Assembly (NCBI GenBank): GCA_964392115.1
Contig: CAYMOU010000001.1
Span: 1 to 57,668, forward strand
Reading direction: 5' to 3'
Origin: an uncultured Defluviitaleaceae bacterium
GTDB taxonomy: Bacteria > Bacillota > Clostridia > Lachnospirales > WRBF01
DNA length: 57,668 bases
The notes under the pieces were generated by a model, which was not told the DNA's origin, made no database searches, and was given only the letters and a program-made list of their open reading frames with translations. The translations under genes and the position numbers were made by a program. This document shows, piece after piece, positions 45,769 to 55,988 of the stretch. Every line of letters begins with the position of its first letter. Position 1 is the stretch's first letter.

Positions 45769-46845
45769 TTAGTCCACCTCCTTGCTTTCGGAAATATATG
45801 AAATCGAACGCATGATTTTGGACGCTATATTGTTTAAATGCACTGTCTTGTCACAAAGGTTCGCTTCTACCACAGCCCGGGGCATACCGTATACCGTACA
45901 GCTTTCTTCGTTCTGCGCTATACAGTAACAATTACATTCCTCTTTCAGCAGGCGAACGCCTTCTTTACCGTCCGAACCCATACCTGTCAGTATTACGGCC
46001 ATTATTTTTTTGCCTTTGTAATGCTTTGCAACAGAAGCAAACAAAACATCGGCAGAGGGCTTAACGCCGTTTACATACTCTCCGTCGTCCAGAATAATAA
46101 TGTTTTTAGAATTCAAACGCATATGCCAACCGCCCGGGGCTATATAAACATGACCGCTGCGGAGTATATCTCCGGCAACAGCTTCGGAAACCGTTACCGA
46201 TAGCTGTTTGTTATTTAGGTTTGACGCAAAGTTTTTGGTGAAACCGGCAGGCATATGTTGAACTATAAGTATAGGTATATTTGGCGGTATGGTTAACCCT
46301 GTTAGGACTTTTTCCAAGGCTGTAGGCCCGCCTGTAGAGGCGGCAATAAGCAGAAGGTCGTAGTTATTACCGCCTTTCGGCTTTTTGCCATCCTCCTTTG
46401 CAAGAACTTTATTCTCGGTTTCGGTGTTCGAACCATGCTTACGTATCAGTTTTAAAATTGCCAAACGCAGGCCTCGTTTAACGGTTTTAAAGTTTTCTGT
46501 ATAACCTTCGTCTATGGGCTTGATTATTAAGTCATATTCTTTAATTCGCCTGGAAAATTCACCCGGTTCTGTTGCTTTTTCGTCGCAAAGCAGAACGGGT
46601 TTCAGTTCAGGATAGGAATACTCCAGAGCTTCCAGTATATTAAAAATGTTTAAATCTTCTGTTGCGGAGTCTATAATGACCAAATCAAATGGAGTATCCT
46701 TTAGCAAGGTAAGAGCAACAGATTCTTTGCCTTCAGTAAAAACCGTGGCTTGAGGAACAAGCTCTGCCAAGGCTATTTTTACAATTTTCTTATAAAGTAT
46801 TGAACTTGAAACAAACAAAACATTAGTAATGTCCATAATTTTCAC
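45769..46845 (-). CDS. cheB: protein-glutamate methylesterase CheB with atypical receiver domain
   Basis: C-terminal CheB_methylest domain (IAASTGGP...GMGSDG). The N-terminal REC has SS in place of the acidic DD pair. Confidence 0.85.
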   Translation of the reverse strand: MKIMDITNVLFVSSSILYKKIVKIALAELVPQATVFTEGKESVALTLLKDTPFDLVIIDSATEDLNIFNILEALEYSYPELKPVLLCDEKATEPGEFSRRIKEYDLIIKPIDEGYTENFKTVKRGLRLAILKLIRKHGSNTETENKVLAKEDGKKPKGGNNYDLLLIAASTGGPTALEKVLTGLTIPPNIPILIVQHMPAGFTKNFASNLNNKQLSVTVSEAVAGDILRSGHVYIAPGGWHMRLNSKNIIILDDGEYVNGVKPSADVLFASVAKHYKGKKIMAVILTGMGSDGKEGVRLLKEECNCYCIAQNEESCTVYGMPRAVVEANLCDKTVHLNNIASKIMRSISYISESKEVD

Positions 46846-46848
46846 ACT

Positions 46849-48861
46849 CTAGGATTTTATCTTGAATTGCTGTAATAGGCTATCCATGGTATTGGCTGCA
46901 TCCGTTACTATTTCTGCACCGGCATTGGCCGATGAGGCTATGCTGGCAATAGAGGAGGTATCGGCATTAATTTCCTGTATATTTTTGGAAATATCTATAA
47001 CACCAATGGCTATTTCCTTTGTAGTTCTGTTAATTTCAATAATACTGGTAGAGGCTCTTTCGGTATTCATAGCTACTTCTTCCGAAGCTTTCAGCAATTC
47101 GGCGGTGGATTTTGCGATTTCCGTAACACCCTTTGCTGATTCTGTGGCGCTTTGATTTACGTCCTTGGAATTGTCGGAGATAACCCTTATTTCTTTTGAT
47201 ATTTCAGCCAGTCGTTCTGAAGCCTTTACCGAGTCGTCCTTAATCCTCTCCGCACGGCTGTATTGTACATTAATAGCGTCGGTTAAATCCTCGGTAAAAT
47301 TGGTCATTTCCGCAATTACGCCGGTAATGTCGCTTACAGCCGAAACAGCCTGTGCCATGTTTTGTTGCATTTCTTCGATTTGTTCTGCAATTTCATCTGT
47401 AGCATGGGCGGTTTGTTTAGCCAGCTCCTTAACTTCGTTTGCTACAACTGCAAAACCGTTACCGGCTTCACCTGCACCGGCAGCTTCTATGGCCGCATTT
47501 AACGCCAGCATATTGGTTTGGTTGGCTATTTCGCTGATAACGCCCACTATTTTACCGATTTGTTTTGAAGAAATATTAAGGTTGTTGATTATGGTATTGG
47601 TACTGTCGGCTTTGTTCCTTGCTCCTTCCATAATAATGGAAGCGTTTTGGGATTTTTTGTTTACATCCAATAAGGAATTGTTAATTTCCTTAACCGAATC
47701 CACTACGTTTTTAACCACATCAGTAACATTCCCGGCGGAGTCCGAGACAGTGGCAATGCTGCCTGTAATATTAGTTACCAAATTTGTAGCCTGTTTAACA
47801 CCCATAGAGGTTTCTTCTGCGGCGGATGCAAGGGTACGTATGGTACTGCTCATTTCCTCAATTGCAGAGGCTATGGTATTGATATTGGTGGTTGTGGAGG
47901 ACAGTGAATAGGAGCTTTGGTTCATACCGGCAGAAATTTCGTCTACGGCTGCACTGACTATGCCGGTTTTTACACTGGTTCCGCTACCGTTTTTTGACAT
48001 TTCCTTGGATACATTAAGCATGTTTTCGGCGGTTATTTTTAATTCGGTTGAGGTTTGGAGCAACTTTTCAATAGTTAAACAATTTTTGCCCAACAAACTG
48101 TTAAAAGCCCTGTTTAGTTCGCCGATTTCGGCACCTAAGCTGCTGTCTGCCCTAACGGTAAAGTCACCGTTTTCGGCAAAAATCATTAAATCTCTGAGTT
48201 TAACAACCGGTTTTATTATGCTTTGAGAAATAAGTATGGCCAGAGCAACAGAAATTAAAATACCCAGTATTATCAACAGTATTGTAAAGGTTTTGGTTGT
48301 GCCGGCTGTTTCGGTAACCTCATTAATAACGTTTTGTGCCAAGTTTACTTTGGATTGGAAAAGTCTGTCTATATTATCCATGCTTACAGCCAAAGAATCC
48401 GCCAATTCCCGGCTTATTTCGTCGAATACCCTTTCCTTATCTTCGGATTGCAGTTCAGGATACCTGTCTTTTATGGTTTGCTTGTATTTACTGTAATGTT
48501 CGATAAATTCACTGAAAATTTGTCGGGCTTCCGTAGTTTCCAAACTGTCATCAAATTGAGGGATTAGTATATCAATTTGTTTGAAATCACCCAGAAGCTT
48601 TTCATAAGCTTCTTTTTTATCTAAAGCGGTAGATTTCAGTACAATGTTTCTCAATTCGATTCTGGATTTTTGAAACAGTGTGGAAATTTGTGCAATTTGG
48701 CTCAGAGGTTTAACAGTATGCATATATATTCTGTCGGATTGGTTTCTTAGATTTTCCAAGGTAAGGGCACCGTATGTACCGATGGCGGTACCGATAAGGG
48801 CAATAATAAGAAACCCGGTTATCATTCTCATTGAAATTTTCAGATTATTTATAAATTTCAT
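46849..48861 (-). CDS. methyl-accepting chemotaxis protein
   Basis: Two TM, helical sensor, HAMP, conserved signalling hairpin ([33 protein letters not shown]). AAAAGGAG precedes ATG 48861. Confidence 0.9.
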   Translation of the reverse strand: MKFINNLKISMRMITGFLIIALIGTAIGTYGALTLENLRNQSDRIYMHTVKPLSQIAQISTLFQKSRIELRNIVLKSTALDKKEAYEKLLGDFKQIDILIPQFDDSLETTEARQIFSEFIEHYSKYKQTIKDRYPELQSEDKERVFDEISRELADSLAVSMDNIDRLFQSKVNLAQNVINEVTETAGTTKTFTILLIILGILISVALAILISQSIIKPVVKLRDLMIFAENGDFTVRADSSLGAEIGELNRAFNSLLGKNCLTIEKLLQTSTELKITAENMLNVSKEMSKNGSGTSVKTGIVSAAVDEISAGMNQSSYSLSSTTTNINTIASAIEEMSSTIRTLASAAEETSMGVKQATNLVTNITGSIATVSDSAGNVTDVVKNVVDSVKEINNSLLDVNKKSQNASIIMEGARNKADSTNTIINNLNISSKQIGKIVGVISEIANQTNMLALNAAIEAAGAGEAGNGFAVVANEVKELAKQTAHATDEIAEQIEEMQQNMAQAVSAVSDITGVIAEMTNFTEDLTDAINVQYSRAERIKDDSVKASERLAEISKEIRVISDNSKDVNQSATESAKGVTEIAKSTAELLKASEEVAMNTERASTSIIEINRTTKEIAIGVIDISKNIQEINADTSSIASIASSANAGAEIVTDAANTMDSLLQQFKIKS

Positions 48862-48939
48862 CTCAACTCTCCTTTTGTCAGAGTATGAATCCAAAAAATT
48901 AAAGAATTCTTGTATATTAATTTGTGAGATACAAAATAC

Positions 48940-48979
48940 ATAGAAATCTAGATGTATAGAAATCTAGATATATAGAAAC
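48940..48979. repeat. 2.5 tandem copies of a 16-bp unit upstream of the MCP gene
   Basis: ATAGAAATCTAGATGT / ATAGAAATCTAGATAT / ATAGAAAC. Inverted GAAATCT-like words recur at 49006-49040. Confidence 0.8.
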
Positions 48980-49017
48980 AGAGTTACAGACTGTTTTCGG
49001 ATTTTAGATTTCCTTTT

Positions 49018-49464
49018 TCAAATTTCTGTTTTCAGATTTCTATCCCCGAAAAATAACTTGTCTTCGTCTATAATCAGGAGCAAATCATTATCAAGTTCGT
49101 ATACGCCCAGCAATTTTTCTTTTACCTGCTCATCAACGTTAGCCGGCGGATTGTCGCAGAGAGATTCATCAATCACCAAAACATCTTCCGGTTCATCCAC
49201 GGCGAAGCCCACTATATCAGGCATTTCTTTTCGGGTTTTTAGGATAATGCAGTTTATGGGTTTGTCTTTGTTTATAGGCTCGTAACCCAGCATATGAGGC
49301 AGGTCAAAAACGGTTACTATTTGTCCTCGCATATTGTAAAGACCCATAATAAAAGGATATGCCGTGGGAGTAGGCGTACAGGTGATTTGCCTGTTTATTT
49401 CCTTAACGGAAGTAATGTTTACGGCGAACAGTTCACCCCAGAGCCGAAAACTCAACAGTTTCAT
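49018..49464 (-). CDS. cheW: chemotaxis coupling protein CheW
   Basis: 148-aa single CheW domain. Overlaps the cheA stop by 4 nt. Confidence 0.88.
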   Translation of the reverse strand: MKLLSFRLWGELFAVNITSVKEINRQITCTPTPTAYPFIMGLYNMRGQIVTVFDLPHMLGYEPINKDKPINCIILKTRKEMPDIVGFAVDEPEDVLVIDESLCDNPPANVDEQVKEKLLGVYELDNDLLLIIDEDKLFFGDRNLKTEI

Positions 49465-52400
49465 TTGGCATTACTCCTTAACTTATTTTTCATAATGCTG
49501 TCTACGGTTTTTAACAGGGAGACTTTATCCAGCTTGTTTTCAAAGGCATCAAAACCGTAGTCCAGGGCTCTGTTAATATAACTGTCCGAAGTCATAGAGG
49601 TAAGGGCTATGGCAGGTATATCACGCAGCTTGGAATCCTTTCTCACATTCTGTATAAATTCCAAACCGCCCATAACCGGCATAATTAAATCGCTGATAAT
49701 AAAGTCAAAATTTTGTTCTTTAAGTATCTCTAGGGCTTCCTTTCCGTTTTCCGCAACTGTAACGGTGCAACCGGTTCCTTCAAGGTATTTTCTTTCTATG
49801 TGCTGAAAGAACGGTGTGTCTTCAACTATCAAAACACGTTTTGAAATAATAATATCGTTGTTTACCTTGGGATGATTTATAGGGTCGGCCAATTCAAATA
49901 ATTCATATAGGTTTAGTATAATAACTATGCGATTTTGATGAATTATTGTACCGAAAATCCCCGGTGCTTTGATTTGCTCCGTATCTAAAACAAAATTCGC
50001 CTTGGTATTGTCAACGATTTTTTTCACCAGTATGCCTATGGGATGACTGATTAGGTTGGGTATGATAACGGTCAACTTATCGCAATCGTAATCGTGTTTT
50101 TGCACGGGCAGATAGTTCTCCGGTCTGATTACCCTAAGGGTTTTACCTCGGATTTTTGCAAATTTTTCGTTGCCTATGTCCTCTATATCGGAAACGCTTA
50201 TGGTTTCTACCCTTGAAACCATGTTAATGTCTATGGCGTAATTTTCAGGACCGGAGCATTTGAAGAGCATCATGCTTTGATATTCAAGCATGATTTTTTC
50301 TCGTTCGGCAGAACTTAAATTGTCCTCTTCCGTTTCATGCTTAAAGTTGATTTTCGATTTTTTTGCCAGACCTTCCGGGTCTAAAATCAAAGAAATTTTA
50401 CCGTCACCCATAATGGTAACCCCGGAATAAGCTATGCAGGGTTTTAAAAACACAGGCAAGGGTTTAACCAAAGTCTCCTCGGTATCAAACAGTTTGTGTA
50501 CCAAAATGCCCATTTGTTTTTTAAATACATTTAATACTACAATCTTAGAGGCAGTTTCACCGGATTTTTTAAGACCTAGAATATCCGATAGGTTAATTAT
50601 GGGAAGGAGTTTACCTCTAAGTCGGAATTCTTTTGAGCGATTAATATGCTCCAGCTTAGTTGAGAGTTCATCTTCCTTTAAACTAACCACCTGCATAATA
50701 CTTGTTTGGGGTATGGCATAACGCTGTCCTTCGCAGCCGACTATGAGAGACTTCATAATGGCAAGGGTACGAGGTAGCAGCAGTGTTATTGTAGTGCCCC
50801 AACCTTTTTTTGAGGTTATTTCTACCACGCCGCCCAGTTTTTCCACATTACTGCGGACTACATCCATGCCCACACCTCTGCCCGAAATATCGGAAACTGA
50901 CTTTGCGGTGGAAAAGCCCGGCTCCATAATAAGTTTGTGGATTTCGCTGTCGCTCATGGTTTCGGATTGTTTTCGGGTTATTATGCCCTTCTCCACTGCC
51001 TTGTTTCTAACAGCGTCCACGTCTATGCCGGCACCGTCATCTTGGATTTCTATGGCAACCAAGCCGCTTTTGTGATAGGCCCTTAAAGTGATGCAGCCTT
51101 TTTTGTTTTTGCCGGTCTTTTCTCTTTCCTCCGGGCTTTCAAGTCCGTGGTCGGCAGAGTTTCTCACCAGATGAATTATAGGGTCGGCAAGGGCTTCTAT
51201 CATGGTTTTATCCAGTTCTATTTCCTTGCCTTCTATATTAAGGGTTATTTCCTTATTCATATCTTTGGAAATATCCCTTATAACCCTTGGAAATTTATTG
51301 AAGATATTGCCTATGGGCTGCATACGGGTCATCATTATTTCTTGCTGCATTTTGCTTGTTAGGCTGTCTATATTTTGCAAAATTCCCGACATAACCGATT
51401 GTTCTGTATTTTTATTGCTAAAGGCATTTAAAAGTTGATTTCTTGCCAGAACCATTTCACCGGATAAAGCCATTAAATTTTCAAGCAGTTTTATGCTGAC
51501 CCTTATACTTTCTTCTGTTGAAAGGATTTTTGTAGGCGTTTCATCTCGTTTTATTTCCCGGTTCTGCTTTTTAGCCAAAGCCCCGGATTTAATATGCAGC
51601 ACCCACTCCGGAGGAAACATCATAGCTTCCAAAAACAAATCGTATTCCAAAATGCTTGTAATAAGCATTTCCAGCCTTACGGTTTCTTTTTCGTCATAGG
51701 AATTAAGCAATGCGGTTACGTCCGTAGTACCATGGGAATGGTCTATATCTGTAAAAACATCGTGAATATCACCGATTTCGCTGACTTCATCGAAAAGTTT
51801 GTCAATGTTTTTGTAATATGTCTGCAAATTTTTATTGTAGGGAACTGCAATTTTAAATATCTTTTTCCCTTTTTTAATAAGTTTTTTTAATTCGGGATAA
51901 AATCTATCGTCTATGTGGGAAGAAATATTCATAGAAACAGGTTTGATAATTTCCGGTTCCGGCTGTGCTTCTTCTATGACTGCTATAGGTTCAGGCGAAA
52001 CCTCCGGTTCTTGTGGTTTGGTTGAAGTGTCTTGAGGCATTTCTTTAGGTGGTTCGGGTATTTCGTTTTTCGGTTCCGATGTTTTTATCGGCTTATTTTG
52101 GGCCAGATTTTCCAACTGTTTTAAATAAGCGGAAATGTCCGTACTTTCGCTTTGTTCAACGTTGTAAACCATCTGTTTCAGAATATCGTTGCAGAACAAA
52201 AGACAATCCAAAACCTCGTCCGAAAATTCCAGCTCTTTGGAGCGAATTTTTCCCAAAACGTTTTCCATAGCGTGGGACAGGGTTACTATGGTAGTAAGCC
52301 GAAAAAAGCCGGCCGTTCCTTTTATACTGTGTATGGCCCTGAAAACGTCGTTTATTTTTTCCGTGTCCTTAACAAAAGCGTCTGTGTCCAAAAAGGCGGT

Positions 52401-52466
52401 TTCGATTTCTTCTATATGTGTTTTGGCTTCGTCCAAAAAATCCTGCAAAAACTCATCCAAGCTCAA
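49461..52466 (-). CDS. cheA: hybrid CheA histidine kinase: Hpt, Pro/Glu-rich linker, dimerisation/HATPase, two CheW-like domains, C-terminal REC
   Basis: Hpt FRAIHSIKGTAGF. HATPase HLVRNSADHG, GRGVGMD. Two CheW-like segments. C-terminal VLIVEDTPFF...IISDLIMPVMGG. TTG start 9 nt after GGAGG. Confidence 0.9.
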   Translation of the reverse strand: MSLDEFLQDFLDEAKTHIEEIETAFLDTDAFVKDTEKINDVFRAIHSIKGTAGFFRLTTIVTLSHAMENVLGKIRSKELEFSDEVLDCLLFCNDILKQMVYNVEQSESTDISAYLKQLENLAQNKPIKTSEPKNEIPEPPKEMPQDTSTKPQEPEVSPEPIAVIEEAQPEPEIIKPVSMNISSHIDDRFYPELKKLIKKGKKIFKIAVPYNKNLQTYYKNIDKLFDEVSEIGDIHDVFTDIDHSHGTTDVTALLNSYDEKETVRLEMLITSILEYDLFLEAMMFPPEWVLHIKSGALAKKQNREIKRDETPTKILSTEESIRVSIKLLENLMALSGEMVLARNQLLNAFSNKNTEQSVMSGILQNIDSLTSKMQQEIMMTRMQPIGNIFNKFPRVIRDISKDMNKEITLNIEGKEIELDKTMIEALADPIIHLVRNSADHGLESPEEREKTGKNKKGCITLRAYHKSGLVAIEIQDDGAGIDVDAVRNKAVEKGIITRKQSETMSDSEIHKLIMEPGFSTAKSVSDISGRGVGMDVVRSNVEKLGGVVEITSKKGWGTTITLLLPRTLAIMKSLIVGCEGQRYAIPQTSIMQVVSLKEDELSTKLEHINRSKEFRLRGKLLPIINLSDILGLKKSGETASKIVVLNVFKKQMGILVHKLFDTEETLVKPLPVFLKPCIAYSGVTIMGDGKISLILDPEGLAKKSKINFKHETEEDNLSSAEREKIMLEYQSMMLFKCSGPENYAIDINMVSRVETISVSDIEDIGNEKFAKIRGKTLRVIRPENYLPVQKHDYDCDKLTVIIPNLISHPIGILVKKIVDNTKANFVLDTEQIKAPGIFGTIIHQNRIVIILNLYELFELADPINHPKVNNDIIISKRVLIVEDTPFFQHIERKYLEGTGCTVTVAENGKEALEILKEQNFDFIISDLIMPVMGGLEFIQNVRKDSKLRDIPAIALTSMTSDSYINRALDYGFDAFENKLDKVSLLKTVDSIMKNKLRSNAK

Positions 52467-52903
52467 ATTTTATGCCTCCTTTTATTCGGCACATTAAAAA
52501 TATTCCCAAATTCCTTAATATTTTGGTTATTATTGATAATTGACTTATAGTATATTTTGCTACAAAATTTAATGTATTAAGTAAGCGAAAACCGGTGGTC
52601 CGGTACTAAAAATAAATCATAGGAATCAGTTGTCATAACTTAATTTACAGAAATGATTAAATATGCAATTATAGCTTTAATATAGTTAAAGTTGTTAATG
52701 CATCAATAATTTACAATACCATAAAGAAACCTAACATTCAATAGTCAACAGTCATAATAATGCCATATTATTGCACAGAGAATTATTATCAACAAAAAAG
52801 GATTACCGGTACATTAGGTTACATATAGTTACAAACATGACGAAGAAGTAACATTCTTCGTTAAAATCAGTATGAATTCGGTAAAAAATTCAAGATGTTC
52901 AAC

Positions 52904-52932
52904 TTGCAAAACAAAAATTCCTATGATATAAT
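52904..52932 (+). promoter_or_regulatory. sigma-A-like promoter upstream of ilvB
   Basis: TTGCAA, 17-nt spacer, TATAAT. Confidence 0.55.
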
Positions 52933-53007
52933 ACTGTAATTTAATTCGCCGATTTTCCGCTGTTTAACAGTAATTCCATCGGCAGTTTTAATCAAAGGAG
53001 AATTCCC

Positions 53008-54684
53008 ATGACCGGTGCAAAAATACTTGTCGAAACATTAATTGAACAGGGCGTGGACGTTATTTTCGGTTATCCGGGCGGTTCCGTGTTGAACATATAT
53101 GATGCTTTATATCATGCGCAAGACAGAATAAAGCATGTTATTGCTTCTCACGAGCAAGGTGCTGCTCATGCGGCCGACGGATACGCACGTTCTACGGGCA
53201 AGGTTGGCGTGGTATTGGCAACATCAGGTCCCGGGGCAACCAATTTGGTCACCGGCATAGCCACGGCTTTTTTGGATTCCGTACCTATGGTTGCCATTAC
53301 GGGCAACGTAGCCGTGGATTTGATAGGACGCGACAGCTTCCAAGAAGTAGATGCGGCAGGCATTACCATGCCCATTACCAAACACAACTTTATAGTTAAA
53401 GATGTAAATCAATTGGCTGATACTGTGCGTAAAGCATTTATTATAGCAACTTCCGGCCGACCCGGCCCGGTGCTTATCGACATACCAAAAGATATTACAG
53501 CAAAAGACGCAGAATTTGTAGCCGCAGAACCTGTTGAAAAGCGGGCTAATAAACCGGCCGGCACCAAAGCACTTAAACAAATTTCAGAAATCATTGCACA
53601 AAGTACCAAACCTTTGATATACTCAGGCGGTGGCATAATAACTTCGGGAGCCTGTGAAGAACTTATAGAATTCTCTCGAAAGTTTAATATACCTCTTTGC
53701 TCAAGTATAATGGGCATTTCGGCCATACCTTACAATTATGAATTATTGCTGGGATTGGTAGGAATGCACGGAACGCCTGTTTCCAACAAAGCGGCTCACG
53801 ATTGTGACTTGCTCATAGCCGTAGGTTCTCGCTTTTCGGACAGGGTTGCTTTGAACCGTCGCAGTTTTGCTCAAGGTGCCAAGGTTATACACATAGATAT
53901 AGATTCTTCGGAAATTAATAAGAACGTAACTTCTTATATGTCCGTAACCGGCGATGCAAAACAAATTCTTACAGAGCTTACACGTACTTGTTTCAAACCA
54001 AACAGCTCTAAATGGATAGACGAATTAATGGCTTACAAAGCCAAACACCCCATGCAGGACAGTAAATCCGCTGATTTTGTAAACCCCAGAGAGATAATTA
54101 CAACAATTTCGGATTTGTCCGACGACGATACCATTATCGTTACAGACGTGGGACAACACCAGATGTTGACTGCCCAATATTATAAATTTAAAAAACCCAG
54201 AACTTTCTTGACCTCCGGCGGTTTGGGTACCATGGGTTACGGCCTTGGTGCAGCCATAGGCGCAAAAGTTGCCAATCCGGACAAGCGAGTGGTTTTATTT
54301 ACGGGTGACGGCTGTTTCCATATGAATATGAACGAAATGGCGGTTTGTGTCAGCGAAAATCTTCCCATTACGGTAGTTATTTTAAATAACGGCGTGTTGG
54401 GAATGGTGCGTCAATGGCAAAGATTGTTCTATGATAAACGCTTTTCCAACACAAGCATAAACCGTCAAACGGATTATGTAAAACTGGCAGAGGCCTTTGG
54501 TGCAAAAGGCTACAGAATAAACGATGTATCCAACATTAAATCTGTGCTTTCCGAGGCTTTAAATTGCGGAAAACCCTGTATAGTTGACTGTGTAATTCAC
54601 GAAGACGACAATGTTTTTCCCATTATTCCGCCGGGCGGCAGTGCAACAGACATTATACTTAAAGATAACTTACAATATAATTAA
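53008..54684 (+). CDS. ilvB: acetolactate synthase large subunit (biosynthetic type)
   Basis: 558 aa. TPP enzyme motifs [14 protein letters not shown] and [16 protein letters not shown]...GDGCFHMN. Confidence 0.92.
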   Translation: MTGAKILVETLIEQGVDVIFGYPGGSVLNIYDALYHAQDRIKHVIASHEQGAAHAADGYARSTGKVGVVLATSGPGATNLVTGIATAFLDSVPMVAITGNVAVDLIGRDSFQEVDAAGITMPITKHNFIVKDVNQLADTVRKAFIIATSGRPGPVLIDIPKDITAKDAEFVAAEPVEKRANKPAGTKALKQISEIIAQSTKPLIYSGGGIITSGACEELIEFSRKFNIPLCSSIMGISAIPYNYELLLGLVGMHGTPVSNKAAHDCDLLIAVGSRFSDRVALNRRSFAQGAKVIHIDIDSSEINKNVTSYMSVTGDAKQILTELTRTCFKPNSSKWIDELMAYKAKHPMQDSKSADFVNPREIITTISDLSDDDTIIVTDVGQHQMLTAQYYKFKKPRTFLTSGGLGTMGYGLGAAIGAKVANPDKRVVLFTGDGCFHMNMNEMAVCVSENLPITVVILNNGVLGMVRQWQRLFYDKRFSNTSINRQTDYVKLAEAFGAKGYRINDVSNIKSVLSEALNCGKPCIVDCVIHEDDNVFPIIPPGGSATDIILKDNLQYN

Positions 54685-54698
54685 TTGGAGGAATAACC

Positions 54699-55685
54699 AT
54701 GCTTTACGAACAAGATTGCAACCCCAAATTACTTGAAGGCAAAACAGTAGCCATTATCGGCTACGGCAGCCAAGGTCACGCTCATGCTCAAAACCTTAAA
54801 GACAGCGGTGTTAACGTAATCGTAGGTCTTGCTCCCAACTCCGCTCGCAGAAGTGTTGTAGAAAATGACGGCATTAAAGTTTATGATACAGCTGTTGCTG
54901 CTGAACTTGCAGATATTATCATGATGTTGGTTCCCGACCAAGTTACTGCTGATATTTATAAAGAAAGCATTCAACCCAACCTTGTTTCAGGCAACGTTTT
55001 AATGTTTGCTCACGGTTTCTCCGTACACTTCAAACAAATTGAAGTACCCCAAGACGTAGACGTTTGTATGTGCGCTCCCAAAGGACCGGGACACACCGTA
55101 AGAAGCCAATATCTTGAAGGCAGAGGTGTACCCTCACTTATTGCTATTCACCAAGATTATTCCACCAAAGCCAAAGATTATGCGCTTGCATACGCTTCAG
55201 CTATCGGTGCAGGACGTGCAGGTATCTTTGAAACTACTTTCAAAGAAGAAACCGAAACAGACCTTTTCGGCGAACAAGCTGTATTATGCGGTGGTGTAAC
55301 CGAGCTTATGAAAGCAGGTTTCGACACTCTTGTTGAAGCCGGGTACTCTCCGGAAATGGCATACTTTGAATGTGTACACGAAATGAAATTAATTGTTGAC
55401 TTAATTAACAGCGGCGGTTTCTCCTTCATGCGTTACTCCATCTCCGACACAGCAGAATACGGCGACTATGTAACAGGCAGAAGAGTTATCACCGAAGAAA
55501 CTCGCAAAGAAATGAAAAAAGTTCTCAGAGAAATCCAAGAAGGCAAATTCGCAAGCAACTGGATTACAGAAAACAAAGCTGCCGGTCGTGCTAACTTCTT
55601 GTCTATGCGTCAACTTGAAGCAGATCATCCTGTAGAAAAAGTCGGTGCAAAATTAAGAAAAATGATGAGCTGGTTAAAGAAATAA
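54699..55685 (+). CDS. ilvC: ketol-acid reductoisomerase
   Basis: [21 protein letters not shown]. Class I KARI length (328 aa). Confidence 0.95.
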   Translation: MLYEQDCNPKLLEGKTVAIIGYGSQGHAHAQNLKDSGVNVIVGLAPNSARRSVVENDGIKVYDTAVAAELADIIMMLVPDQVTADIYKESIQPNLVSGNVLMFAHGFSVHFKQIEVPQDVDVCMCAPKGPGHTVRSQYLEGRGVPSLIAIHQDYSTKAKDYALAYASAIGAGRAGIFETTFKEETETDLFGEQAVLCGGVTELMKAGFDTLVEAGYSPEMAYFECVHEMKLIVDLINSGGFSFMRYSISDTAEYGDYVTGRRVITEETRKEMKKVLREIQEGKFASNWITENKAAGRANFLSMRQLEADHPVEKVGAKLRKMMSWLKK

Positions 55686-55718
55686 TCAATCTTGACTTAT
55701 CTTTCATACAGCATTAAT

Positions 55719-55753
55719 CGATAGAGGAAACTTTTTTTAAAGTTTCCTCTATC
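55719..55753 (+). repeat. GAGGAAAC-variant palindromic hairpin (family copy f); terminator after ilvC
   Basis: CGATAGAGGAAACTTT-TTTT-AAAGTTTCCTCTATC. Confidence 0.7.
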
Positions 55754-55860
55754 TCCTTAAATCTTTATTTATCGGACCTGTATTTTACTCTCAAAAATCC
55801 GGTTAAAATATACATAGAAACATAATATTCCGGAGTAATTATGAATTACTTATGCTAAAA

Positions 55861-55925
55861 TCTTTTTGAAGGGAGTTTGAGGGAAACTTTTTCTTCAGAA
55901 AAAGTTTCCCTCAAGGTCTTTTTCT
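55861..55925 (+). repeat. GAGGGA-type palindromic hairpin (family copy g)
   Basis: TTTGAGGGAAACTTTTT-CTTCAG-AAAAAGTTTCCCTCAA, a perfect 16-17-bp stem plus T-rich tail. About 65 nt homologous to copy b. Confidence 0.75.
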
Positions 55926-55988
55926 TTAAATCATTATCAGCCTCCGGAACCCTCTATGTTTCCGATTATAACAAGAGAGGTAAATGAA

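Noticed and set aside
47165-47911. 248-aa plus-strand ORF and several 85-97-aa ORFs inside the MCP gene
   Set aside because: They are antisense frames of an Ala/Ser/Thr/Ile-rich coiled-coil gene. The MCP signalling-domain frame on the minus strand is unambiguous.
48940-48979. The tandem repeats as a CRISPR array
   Set aside because: The 16-bp units are directly abutting with no spacers, there are only 2.5 copies, and there are no cas genes.
52049-52550. Plus-strand ORFs (73-132 aa) at the 5' end of cheA
   Set aside because: They are antisense to the Hpt domain coding region and have no SD.
52560-53007. T-box or leader-peptide attenuator upstream of ilvB, and T-box upstream of lysS (55760-55988)
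   Set aside because: I found no T-box sequence, specifier-loop architecture or Leu/Val/Ile-rich leader ORF. There is only a short GCCGAT...ATCGGC hairpin before ilvB and a family-g hairpin before lysS.
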